Below are positions 26,285-38,756 of a DNA stretch of 64,000 nucleotides, piece after piece. The number at the start of each line of letters is the position of its first letter. The first letter of the stretch is position 1. Made by a program: the position numbers and the translations under genes. Under the pieces are notes generated by a model that had not been told where the DNA came from, did no database searches, and worked only from the letters and a program-made list of their open reading frames with translations. The DNA comes from Tubulanus polymorphus (taxonomy: Eukaryota; Animalia; Nemertea), in assembly GCF_964204645.1 (NCBI RefSeq), contig NC_134026.1, positions 1 through 64,000 of the forward strand, in the 5' to 3' direction.

Positions 26285-27257
26285 TCCCAGCCAATACAGG
26301 CCTATATCTAAAACCAGTCTAACTGATTACAGTCCCAGCCAATACAGGCCTATATCTAAAACCAGTCTAAACTCATTACAGTCCGAGCCAGTACAGGCCT
26401 ATATCTAAAACCAGTCTAAACTCATTACAGTCCGAGCCAGTACCGGCCTATATCTAAAACCAGTCTAAACTCATTACAGTCCGAGCCAGTACAGGCCTAT
26501 ATCTAAAACCAGTCTAACTGATTACAGTCCCAGCCAATACAGGCCTATATCTAAAACCAGTCTAAACTCATTACAGTCCGAGCCAGTACAGGCCTATATC
26601 TAAAACCAGTCTAAACTCATTACAGTCCGAGCCAGTACCGGCCTATATCTAAAACCAGTCTAAACTCATTACAGTCCGAGCCAGTACAGGCCTATATCTA
26701 AAACCAGTCTAACTGATTACAGTCCCAGCCAATACAGGCCTATATCTAAAACCAGTCTAAACTCATTACAGTCCGAGCCAATACAGGCCTATATCTAAAA
26801 CCAGTCTAAACTCATTACAGTCCGAGCCAGTACAGGCCTATATCTAAAACCAGTCTAAACTCATTACAGTCCGAGCCAGTACAGGCCTATATCTAAAACC
26901 AGTCTAAACTCATTACAGTCCGAGCCAGTACAGGCCTATATCTAAAACCAGTCTAAACTCATTATAGTCCGAGCCAGTACAGGCCTATATCTAAAACCAG
27001 TCTAAACTCATTAAAGTCCGAGCCAGTACATGCCTATATCTAAAACCAGTCTAAACTCATTACAGTCCGAGCCAGTACAGGCCTATATCTAAAACCAGTC
27101 TAAACTCATTACAGTCCGAGCCAGTACAGGCCTATATCTAAAACCAGTCTAAACTCATTAAAGTCCGAGCCAGTACAGGCCTATATCTAAAACCAGTCTA
27201 AACTCATTACAGTCCGAGCCAGTACAGGCCTATATCTAAAACCAGTCTAAACTCATT
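26285..27257. repeat. 48/49-bp minisatellite, ~20 copies
   Basis: Unit AGTCCGAGCCAGTACAGGCCTATATCTAAAACCAGTCTAAACTCATTAC. Confidence 0.98.
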
Positions 27258-27534
27258 TTGGTTCTAAAAACAGTCTAACAACTTATGAGTTTCACCTCTG
27301 CTTGCTGGTCCCCCTGGTCCCCGGGTTAAACTCAAAAATTCTTAGGCTAAATGTTTGATAATACAATCGGTACTGAACAAAATGTACTATTGCTTGGAAC
27401 TCTGAACTGGTGATGCGGAGTATGATTGACCTACGAGGTGAACTCCTTATTTTACAGATGTTTGGCTTCAACTCATTTAACTCAAATCAGCCATAGATTA
27501 ATCAGTTCATTAAACATTTCATATCAATACACAC

Positions 27535-27565
<31 letters not shown>

Positions 27566-30500
27566 ATAACATCATGATATAGGCTTATTCTAGTGTGAAA
27601 GTTCAATATGGGTTGAGATTCTATAAATAATAGTCAGTATGGAGGAGACACCAGGAACCAGCTGCTGTCTGTAGTACGTATACTGCTGTCAACACCAACT
27701 TCAGGTCAATCTTCCATTACTCATAAACACTCATTTATATAAATATGTTTTTAGTTCATTTTCGCTTAAAAAAATGTCTCAGGTGAAGCGCTGAACACTT
27801 GTGAAATATGGACGATCAATTGATAAAATGTCTAATGTCTGGTTTTTGCAGATCATTTTTGATCTAAAATATCGGGTGAAGTCCTGAACGCGTGTCAAGT
27901 GTGGATGATCAAAAATTGTCAGAACATGAGAAAGTATTTCAAGATTTTAAATCAATTATTTTTTCCATAATGTAAACCATTTTTTTTGTTTACAAAAAGT
28001 TTGTTCCTAAGCAAATACAGTAAAACCCGCTTAATCTGAATTTGGGTCCAGTTCGGACAATATTTGCAATCTATTTGTTCAACAATATACAAGAAAATGA
28101 TTTTTAATCTGGATTTCCCATAAAACGGTTGAATTTCGTAAATCCCAAATGATCGGAATTAAGAAGATTCTATCAGAAACTTACCCTATGTATAAATATC
28201 CTCTGTGACTATCTCCTCTCTCTCTCTTCTCTCTCTTCTCTCTCTTCTCTTTCTGCTTTTCTTTTATTACGATGAATGAGTATTTTACTATTTACGGCAC
28301 CTAGAAAACAGAAAGAGGAAATTTAAACCATCGTCCCATAAACACAATCTACTAATATCCTCTAATAAATGACTGACATGTTGAATGATCATTCATGAAT
28401 ACTGCTTTCCTTTGATTGCCATCTCAAGGGTCTGCAAATAAATCATACTAAAATCATGTATGTTTTTCCGGCTCCTAGATTTGACAGATTCAATTGTTAC
28501 ATCGGTTGTCAATGGTTACCGAGAATCGCGTTCGACCGGGTCGTATTTAAGGGATCGCTGCGGATTGTTAAAGCACCCTCCAACCGCTGTTTAGTGTTTG
28601 TACATTTTTTATATAAGTAAACCACTCTGTAGAATTGATTGTTCCCATTTACGGGTTTTCGATGAGTTGTAACTATCCGACACAAATACAACTAATTTAC
28701 TTTATAACGAAACTCATGAATCAGGCTATAACGTAAACCATAATATTTTCCAATTCGAGGTTATTTTAATAATGAATCTATCAGAATAGAAACGTTTCGA
28801 GGAAATGATTTATAAATTCTAAACGTAACGTTATTTTTACGAGTTTGAAATTATATCATATGTAGTTCTGATTATTCGGTACAGATGGCGCCACATTCTT
28901 TAAGTCGGGCAGCAAAGAATTTATGATTCTCCGAAAGAATTAACCTTCATCTGCGAAAGTAGATCCAGTATTTATGGCCTCATTTTTTAATGCCCTTGAA
29001 AAACTACACGAGATTGTAACTCACTCAATAGAGTTTTACAATGCAATAAATATAAGATTTTGAGGATGTAAAGGGTCCCTATCCTATTGTCTTTAATTTA
29101 TTTCAGAATAAATCAAAATTCACATTCTGTTCAGATAAAACCAAACTAATCACAATTTCTCAGGACAAAATAGTAACAATACACTGAAAATCAGTAACAG
29201 TAGGCAGCTGTAAGTTGGGTTAAAACAGTAAAATGGTCATCAGAACTGAACGCTTTGTTTGCTAATTTCTACTTCATAGAAAATGGTTGTTTTAACCACA
29301 AGCAACAGGATAAACACAAGTATCTGTCACTCAGTGTATTACTCATAATCATATCAAATCAATCATTGCATTAAACCTGTAGAGATGAAATGTAGCTCCC
29401 AAAAACATTTGTGGCAATAAATTTATTAATTCATTTGAAAATGAGATTTTCACTGTTTTTACTTCCATGGATAAACATTAGGTATTTCTTATCACTGTTC
29501 AATGACTTATCGCTGGTCGCTCAATGACTTATCACTAAACGCGAGTCAAACAATAACTATGGAAACGTATAGAAAAGCACACATTTATTTCCCTGACAAT
29601 TGACCGGGGACCGGGTCCCCTGAATAGGCAGAGTCCAATACAGATTGAACTAACAAATATTTACTTTATCACTGTTCAAATTCTGAGACAGAAATGAAAA
29701 ATACCATCGGGTCTCTGTAGGTACAACAACAAGCCTAACAACCCTCAACTTAAATAAACATTTAATAACAAACAGTTTAACTCTATAAAAACTCAAATCA
29801 TTCTAATTGATATTCAAAAGGCGTTCACAGTATTTGTAAATATAACTCTGAAGGATTCAGTTCTACAGATTGTGAATTAGGAATTCATTTTGAGTTTTAG
29901 TTTTGAGTTCATATGAGTTAGGAGTTCATTCTATTTCATCTTTTATGAGTAAAACTTGAGTCAAATTCACTCAATTCACAACAGTTGAACATAAGAATTT
30001 GAAAGGCTATAAAAACCATGGAGCCTATGATCAATGAATATAAGCCATGAATAACATCCATTCATACTCAATCTATCAATACCATTCATTCATAGGTTAC
30101 ATCATTATGACATCACAAACCTTTTTGTTTTAAAATTAAATGACTGAATATCTGCTATAGTCTTCTATCACTGAGTAATACAAGAAAAACGGAGCTAAAG
30201 GTAAGGAGCTAAAATTCCATTTGGACCAAGATTATTGAGGTTGAGGGGTCACTCACTCACTCACTCACTCACACACCCACTCACTCACTCACACACTCAC
30301 CCACTAACACACTCACTCATTCAAACTGTATCTGCTGTAGTAGATTAAATCAGCATACCAGAGAATAACAACTAGTTTAAAAATTGACTGCTTGATTTAT
30401 CAATGAAGACGTTCTCATGTCAAAATAACGAATGTGAATGATTGGATCTGGATGGATGGAGTGTGCATGAACGGGTCTAGTAATAGTATTTGACTTTTGT

Positions 30501-30890
30501 TAAAAAGGTACCGACTACTGACTGGACTGGAATCGGTGGAATGGAACTCAGGTTTGGACCATCATGGTAAGCTCTTGATGGTTCAAAATATCAGCCAACT
30601 CAGCGCTGAGTCGACCTGAGGAATGACCCGGAATAAATAGAGCTATAGCCTTAGGGGTCTGGTCGGAGGCCTCACTCTCCTATCCCCTCCTACTCGCTCG
30701 TCGTCCTCAATCTATGTGACATTTGAGGAAACGCAAGTTAGTTTCTATTCGATTCATGTCATGTTACGCATTGCTACTCACTGAGTTGTGATCAGAGCTA
30801 GGCAGTCAGGTTCCCTTTATCTGTGTGTAATTAATTGAGCGTGACCAGAAATAACAACAAAAACGACGACGAAATGCTCAATCAACCCAC

Positions 30891-30905
30891 ATTCATCGAC
30901 GCCAT
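30891..30905 (-). CDS. Candidate first coding exon (MASMN) of a minus-strand gene
   Basis: Strong start context CAAACAACATGGCG, followed after 15 nt by donor-like |gtgggt. CpG-richer, promoter-like sequence lies upstream (31000-31220). Confidence 0.35.
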
Positions 30906-32516
30906 GTTGTTTGGTGGACTGTAAATTGATAATTACTGATGAATACCGCTTTAATCTAGCATTTATTTGCAAGTAATGTTCCGAATTATTGATATCCAGA
31001 AATATACGGGGCCTATTTTGGGAATATTGTATCTAGATTTAAATTTGAAAGTGGAGAAAACGACCGAAGTTCGTAGAATCGCTATCGACGATTCAGTATT
31101 TATGTAGCACCTAGAAGGCGCGCTAACCTCTAACGTCGAGACGCCGCGGTAAACTTCGGCGTTCAAACCGTAACAGGTTCCGATACCTGTTAAGCACTGA
31201 CACCGGGTTCGAATCCACAATTAGCCCAATAAATCAAAGTAACGAAATTTTAAGTCTTTCGATTGATTTATTAATTTTTGAATCATCACAATATCATTTT
31301 TACAATGAACCATACAATGAAAGATTGAGCGTCTCTTTATACACTGATATGAGACCAGCTCAACTCGTAACAGTTTTAAAAAAATCACGCAAACAAAAAT
31401 GTTTTATCATCACTTGACACTTTCTAAAAAAAAAAACATGGACACGAATGAACACATCAAATAAACTAGCAGATTTTTCTAATTAGCACTAGCAAAAACC
31501 AATGATTAGAAAAAGCTTACAAGCTATTCAAATCACAGTAATCCACGAAAATCTATAATAAAAATATTTTGTTCTATAATCATTCAATTCTCAATCATAG
31601 CTTCATTACTCATTGCATTGTATTAAGAGTAGAAAAATAAATAATTAAAATAATCTATATGAATGAACACTTGGAAAATTGAGTCCATGCTACAAAAATT
31701 TTTATGAAATTCACACGTGCGTGCAAAATACCGGGAAGGTTATTGATAAATCGATGACAGCCTAGAAACATTGTTGTCCTTATCGTAAGTAAAGCTGAAT
31801 TCTATACCTTGCTACACAACTGATTGCCTTGGATTATCGCGTTTCCCGCTGACTAAATTTATAAAATTGCCCTATGACAATGCATATGATGAACTATCGA
31901 CTGAATTTTGCTCGCCCCATCGGAAAACAATTTATCAGTTCTGCGAATATGAGGCAAGCTCAGTCTACTTTACTAGCCTTTTCAAAACTGACCCTTAGAT
32001 TGTACATACTGTATCATTATTTAATTAATAAATTATGCCCCAAAATAAACTGGACGAATAAATCTAAACCCACGTTTCCATCAAATCTCAATAGTTGTGT
32101 TCTTAATAAACACAATTCTTCAGGAAGATTTTGAGCTCATTTTGTCAAAAGTGGACATTTTTACTTTATTGCAATTTGTGCTGATAAGTACGCAGTGTAT
32201 AATATAATGTGTGAATACAATACAAAAATTGATCATCATTTACTGAATTTTTATACTATCAAAATGTGTTTATCACATTTTGATGCGAATTATTTTGATT
32301 TTTAAGTGTAAATATTTACACAATTCATATCTACATGATTTATATACAGTACAGATATATAATTACATATTATGTCACTTTGCAGTGGTAAAACCACTGT
32401 ACCTGGCAGTGAAAATCGACTATCAATAAACCAGGTTTTTTGTGAGTTATAGCTGAAATTAATTTCAATTTCAAGAATAGCATTTCAATACTGATTCATC
32501 TCAAACTAGAAAGGGA

Positions 32517-34005
32517 ATCAAAAGATCCGACTTGAGCGGAGTCTACTGTATCATCCAACTCAGATATCACTCTCAAGTCAAAAGATCTGACTTGAGCGGA
32601 GTCTACTGTACCATCCATCTCAGATATCACTCTCAAGTCAAAAGATCTGACTTGAGCTGAGTCTACTGTACCATCCAACTCAGATATCACTCTCTAGTCA
32701 AAAGATCAGACTTGAGCAGAGTCTACTGTACCATCCAACTCAGATATCACTCTTCAAGTCAAAAGATCCGACTTGAGCGGAGTCTACTGTACCATCCGAC
32801 TCAGATATCACTCTCAAGTCAAAAGATCCGACTTGAGCGGAGTCTACTGTACCATCCAACTCAGATATCACTCTCAAGTCAAAAGATCAGACTTGAGCGG
32901 AGTCTACTGTACCATCCAACTCAGATATCACTCTCAAGTCAAACGATCAGACTTGAGCGGAGTCTACTGTACCATCCAACTCAGATATCACTCTCAAGTC
33001 AAAAGATCAGACTTGAGCGGAGTCTACTGTACCATCCAACTCAGATATCACTCTCAAGTCAAACGATCAGACTTGAGCGGAGTCTACTGTACCATCCAAC
33101 TCAGATATCACTCTCAAGTCAAAAGATCCGACTTGAGCGGAGTCTACTGTACCATCCAACTCAGATATCACTCTCAAGTCAAAAGATCAGACTTGAGCGG
33201 AGTCTACTGTACCATCCAACTCAGATATCACTCTTCAAGTCAAAAGATCCGACTTGAGCGGAGTCTACTGTACCATCCGACTCAGATATCACTCTCAAGT
33301 CAAAAGATCCGACTTGAGCGGAGTCTACTGTACCATCCAACTCAGATATCACTCTCAAGTCAAAAGATCAGACTTGAGCGGAGTCTACTGTACCATCCAA
33401 CTCAGATATCACTCTCAAGTCAAAAGATCCGACTTGAGCGGAGTCTACTGTACCATCCGACTCAGATATCGCTCTCAAGTCAAAAGATCAGACTAGAGCG
33501 GAGTCTACTGTACCATCCAACTCAGATATCGCTCTCAAGTCAAAAGATCTGACTTGAGCTGAGTCTACTGTACCATCCAACTCAGATATCACTCTCAAGT
33601 CAAAAGATCAGACTTGAGCGGAGTCTACTGTACCATCCAACTCAGATATCGCTCTCAAGTCAAAAGATCTGACTTGAGCGGAGTCTACTGTACCATCCAA
33701 CTCAGATATCACTCTCAAGTCAAAAGATCTGACTTGAGCGGAGTCTACTGTACCATCCAACTCAGATATCACTCTCAAGTCAAAAGATCAGACTTGAGCC
33801 TACTGTACCATCCAACACAGATATCGCTATAAGTTGGATGAATTTCAATAAGATCAGACTGGAGCGGAGTCTACTGTACCATCAAACACAGATATCTCTA
33901 TAAGTTGGATGAATTTCAATAAGATCAGACTGGAGCGGAGTCTACTGTACCATCAAACACAGATATCTCTATAAGTTGGATGAATTTCAATAAGATCAGA
34001 CTGGA
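32517..34005. repeat. 60-bp satellite (~21 copies) grading into a 70-bp variant (~3 copies)
   Basis: Unit TCAAAAGATCCGACTTGAGCGGAGTCTACTGTACCATCCAACTCAGATATCACTCTCAAG. Adjacent units form a CTCAAGTC...GACTTGAG inverted repeat. Confidence 0.98.
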
Positions 34006-34436
34006 GTAGTCAGCTGCTGTAAAAGCTGAACAACAGAAATTATTTACACATTGAAATTAACAGATGTTTCTGATTGAATTGTTTTGTCAATATTACACTA
34101 GACACACACACACTGTGACACACACACAGTGACACACACACAGTGACACATATTGTAACAGGTGATTTATCTAGTAATGGATTGTTATTCATCGTACACC
34201 AATCAATCCTCATTCAAAACCGTTTCCAAACACTATTCATTAAAAGTGCATTATAATCTGAGCCTAGTTACTGACAGTGAAATATGTTATACCGGTATTA
34301 GAATTATAAATATCAAATAATGGAATAATATTCCTAATATCTAAACACGTGCTGATAAGGAATGTAATTATGGTCTGTTGTTTATTCGAGCACCGCAGTT
34401 CTCTCGGTTTTCATCTCATCCACTTTCTTCACCGGA

Positions 34437-37400
34437 TCATAAATGATTTTCGCTTTTCATAAGTTCTAATAGACATCCAGTAGCACCGAAATATCCCTGA
34501 AAATATATCGCCATTTACTATAATAACTATTCAAATATTCAAATTCCCCGACGAATCAATTACAGATCACAATATCCGTGATAAAACGATACGAGTAAAA
34601 TCCCACAATAAATTAATTAAGTGACAAAATGTTTATTAAAACATATGAGAAATATTTCGGGTGGTTACTACCACCCTTCTTCAGTCTAAACTTTTAAACT
34701 GAAGAAGGGTGGCAGTAACCACCCGAAATATTTCTTATATGTTTTAATAAACATTTTATCACTTAATTCATTTATTGTGGGATTTTACTCGTGAATTCCC
34801 TGACGTTTGCAGAAAATATTCAGAATTCCCTGGATAAATCTGGATACCTGGATCCGTAAGAACCCTGCATATACACAGGTGTTGAAAATCAGCGGAACTT
34901 TTGGGGGGGGGGGGGTTACCTCATGTTCCAGGAAGAGAGCTTTCATCGAGCCTTGAGACCAATAGTCCATCGCGTGAGCCAATAGTTTCATAGATATTGT
35001 ATTTACACGTAGGAAATTACCGACAAATACAACACGCTCAATACCCTGAAAAAATACATCATCAACCATTAATACTTACAATCTACAATCTACAACTTAC
35101 AACTTACAATATAAGATATAAATACGTACCATATTAACAGCACACATACGAGCTATTGAACCGATATTATTCGTTATCGTAACAAGAGTCGATCTCGCTA
35201 AATCTTCTTTAGATACTGATTTACGCTTCTCTTTAAATATCATACTTCCAAAACTACAAAACATTTCAACATTGTTTATTTAACTGCAGCAGCGACAGTA
35301 GCTCAGTGAGAGAAGGCGTGATGCGGTTGCATTCACTATCAGTGCTGAGTGACAAGTGGGTTTGAGTCCTGCTGGCTGCTTACAGTGTGCGGGCAACACT
35401 TCAAAGGTTGTGGTCCCGTCGTGAAGTTAAATGAATAATCCAATAGGGTTCGTCTCGGGAAACCAAGATCCAAACGACGTAAAGCCAAAAACAAGCAGCT
35501 GCTCTGTAATCTGTACTCTCTCACATACCGGTAATCAACATTTGAACAAAATTTGGATTGATTTGATTTGAATTCTAATGCATGTTAATGAAATGTCTAC
35601 ACCTATGAGGATCAGATAAATGAATAATTCATACTCAAATAAAAATGTCTTTGGTTCAGAGAGGAGACCTATTGAAGTTTGAATGGTCAGCATTTGTAAT
35701 TATATCCAACAGATTATCAGCTGTTATAGTTCAAAATATAAATTACCTGCTCGCCACTAGATCGCCGGATAGATTCATTTTTGGATAATCTCCACCGTAG
35801 ATATCTTTAACGAGTTTATCTACGTTAGTATTATCACCTTTAGCAGCGAGTTCAATCGCTTCTTCAAATGTCTCACAATCAGTCAATAAACAACACAAAC
35901 CTAAAAACGTTCCTCCACCGAGACTGAAAATTGACAAACAAACCAAAATTTAACATTCACTTCATCTTATCTTCAACTACAAATTTCAGTGGATCAAAAT
36001 CGATCATCAGGGTCCCTATTGATCGGCCATTCCAGGATATAAGGAGTCTTCAAGGAATTCTAAAGGAAAAAAAGTCAGACTCCTAATCGGGTAAAACAAA
36101 TGCAGGTCTCACCTGTACCGATTTACGTGTAGTCTATTGACTGTACAACTACAAACATTTCTAATTGTCTATATCTCAAAAATGAAAGAGGTTTAAAGGT
36201 GTTTAAGCATGTTGCTCAAACTAAAGGAGCTTCCAAGCACCTTTAAAATGCATTTTTGGTTAAGAAGGAGTTTTTAAGGAATCAAGACGGAACTGTAGGG
36301 ACCCTGTTAATTCAGCGAGACCCGGGTTGAGGGGTGTGTATTTTACCTCGTGCCGCTGACTCTTCTATAGTCATTCTGTGAATTCACTGTTAGTATACTA
36401 ACACCCGAGCCGATATTCACTATCAAATACGGATACGGATCACGGAAATCAAACTGTACTTTCTCATATCGTGATGGGTCGTCATGGACGCGCCAATAAT
36501 AACACTCAGATTTCGGCCGCCAGCGGTCGATGTGATGAACACCTTTTATTAAACTGTCTAGTTCATCGTATTTCATTAATGATAAGTTTACGCGCTACAA
36601 ATTAAAAACATTACATCAGTGAATTATTTCTAATGTTTAAAACTCTCGCGTGAAATAGTAAACCACAACAACTGTAGAACTTTAGATCCTGGTGATTAAC
36701 GTAAACCAACTTTCAAGCAACTGGCCACAAATGAATACCATATTGATGATGCAGGGTCTGGTTCCAGTCATGGCTTAAATCATAAAATCTGTCTAAGATC
36801 ATCTGATATCCGGCCAATCTCACAACATAGCACTTATAATACAGATGTCAATAGTCAAGACTTAAGTTGTCTAAAATCTTGGGACTTGTCTAACAACATG
36901 AAAGACCGGTTTTAGGATTTAAGACCTTTTTTGGATTTAAGTCTTGACCCAGAGCCACAATTATGAGTTAGAGTCGAGTATAACTTCATTTCCAATGAAA
37001 ATGAAACCGCTCAATAACTTACCGTTTTGAAATCATTTTCAAACTTATAAGCACCGCCGCCCGTAGCGGAAACTGTAGTCGATAAACTCGCCAGATTCTT
37101 AGAAACGGCTAATTCTATAAACGCTGACATTTCAGACGTCGGGAATCGGATGAAATGTAAGATTCCACGTCTGCCCGCTAAAACATGGTTCTTCATTTCT
37201 AGATGTACGTCTCGTATCCCTGTATTTCCGTACGCGACGTTCCCGACGAGATAACGATGAATCGTTTTTACAGCCTCCTTCTCCTGGTCTTTCTCCTCGT
37301 GTGAAAGATCGGTCGGTTCGAAATAAACGAGCTTCGTAAGAGTTCCTCCGACATCCATTCCAAACCACGGGAACGCTGTAAATAACATACACAATAATAA

Positions 37401-38090
37401 CGGTGCAAGCTTTCAAACAATTTACAAAATTCCCTGAGTTTTCAATGTTATAACACGAAATTCCCTTAGGAGTTTCTTCATTTAAAATGGTACCATTTAT
37501 AAACTTTTGGTCAATAATAAATCGAGTTATCGAGGTCAGTGGCTACGAATCCTCGTAATAATTTTGTATAGTGGAACCTCATTTAAACAGAGGACGCTTC
37601 CAACCAATTTACAAAATTCCCTGAGGGATTTCTTCGTTTAAAATGTTACAATGTATCCACATTTCATGAAACACGTATTGATAAAGAAATGTTTGGTCAA
37701 TAGACATATGCTCTCCTGAGTTATCCGGGTTAGTGGCCACGATTCCACATAATTTCGTATAGTGGAACTTCATTAAAACAAATTTCAGGGAAAATCTGTT
37801 ATTTTAACCGATAGTTCTATATAAGTGAAACCTCATTACATCAAACCTAAGGGAACCAGAAAATCTGTTTGTCAATAATCAATAATTCATTAATATGCCT
37901 AAGTCTTAAGCTTGGGATGAAATTTTGGGTTTTATCTGATAAATCGTTACAGGCCTAAAGAACTTCCACAGTAACTATGTTCATTGTTAAACCGGTGATA
38001 TAATTAATATTTACGAGGCAATTTATAATTTTCTGCTTCAGCGAATTCATCTCTCTTATCGACATCGCCATTCATCAGTTTTTCTGCCAT
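34437..38090 (-). CDS. PANK: Type II pantothenate kinase (PANK1/2/3-like), 387 aa
   Basis: Seven GT-AG exons in phase: 38090-38015, 37375-37023, 36594-36347, 35923-35747, 35253-35130, 35045-34920, 34496-34437. Motifs [65 protein letters not shown] and FLEHEGYFGA. Confidence 0.97.
34591..34792. mobile_element. 202-nt fold-back in the last PANK intron; each arm carries a hammerhead-like core (Penelope-like inverted pLTR remnant)
   Basis: Arms of ~97 bp are near-perfect reverse complements. CTGAAGA-A-GGGTGG-cagtaa-CCACCC-GAAA-TATT-TC at 34699-34734 (+), mirrored on the minus strand. Confidence 0.7.
35289..35500 (+). mobile_element. tRNA-derived SINE in PANK intron 4
   Basis: A box TAGCTCAGTGAG (35299), B box GGTTTGAGTCC (35359), residual GCAGC/GCTGC acceptor pairing, then a non-tRNA body ending ACGTAAAGCCAAAAACAA. 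Confidence 0.65.
37415..37785. repeat. Diverged ~185-bp direct duplication in PANK intron 1
   Basis: AATTTACAAAATTCCCTGAG...GTATAGTGGAAC occurs twice. Confidence 0.8.
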
Positions 38091-38756
38091 CGCCACAAAC
38101 TCAAATCAACTGAAATAAACGATAAGATATTGATGCAATATTTGGTGACTGAAAGACGGCAAGTCGTGGGACTACGAGACATAATCCATCAGATTATGAT
38201 GTGCTCATTTAAGTCTTTACAATCAAAATAAGTTCATCATCGATTTTTCAACTCGTCATTCATATTTCGACCAATCAATGTGTTCGCGGTTGCATATCGA
38301 CGATACAGCATCAGAGAGGATAATCGGTTTCGTTCAGTACTTAGCACGACCGCTGGCCCATATGTCAGAAATGAATGTGATTTCGAATCGTTTTAAGAAA
38401 CGACAGTTACAAAAACTGATATATTTCCTATTATAGACTTATAAAAACTCAATTTACTTTTACTTTGTTTCTGATATACGATTCAACATTAACTGTAGCC
38501 CTGATATTTTAATAAAATTTGACTGTCAGAATAAAAATCATTTCCTGGTCTTGTTCACAATCACCACAGATCGGTTAGCAATTCAATTCGATTTTATTAG
38601 GAAACAAAAGACTATAATTAGAACTGCTTGCTTGTCATTTAGGTAGTTATATTATGAGAGGCTTACTCGTCTGGGGTCAGTTAATAGCTGTGGAACTTTC
38701 CATATGGCAGTGTGAATAGGAATAAAATAAAATTTGATTGGATTTGGTTAGTTGTG
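38091..38756. promoter_or_regulatory. Bidirectional promoter region between PANK and PLPBP
   Basis: Divergent ATGs 666 bp apart; CCAAT box GACCAATCA at ~38269. Confidence 0.6.

Noticed and set aside
32517-33830. CRISPR-like array (palindromic repeat every 60 bp)
   Set aside because: The intervening sequences are identical rather than unique spacers, there are no cas genes, and the context is eukaryotic. The same applies to the 55-bp and 49-bp arrays.
34497-38014. miR-103/107, which is hosted in PANK introns in vertebrates
   Set aside because: No AGCAGCATTG-like sequence seen on the PANK strand; intron 5 is only 84 bp.
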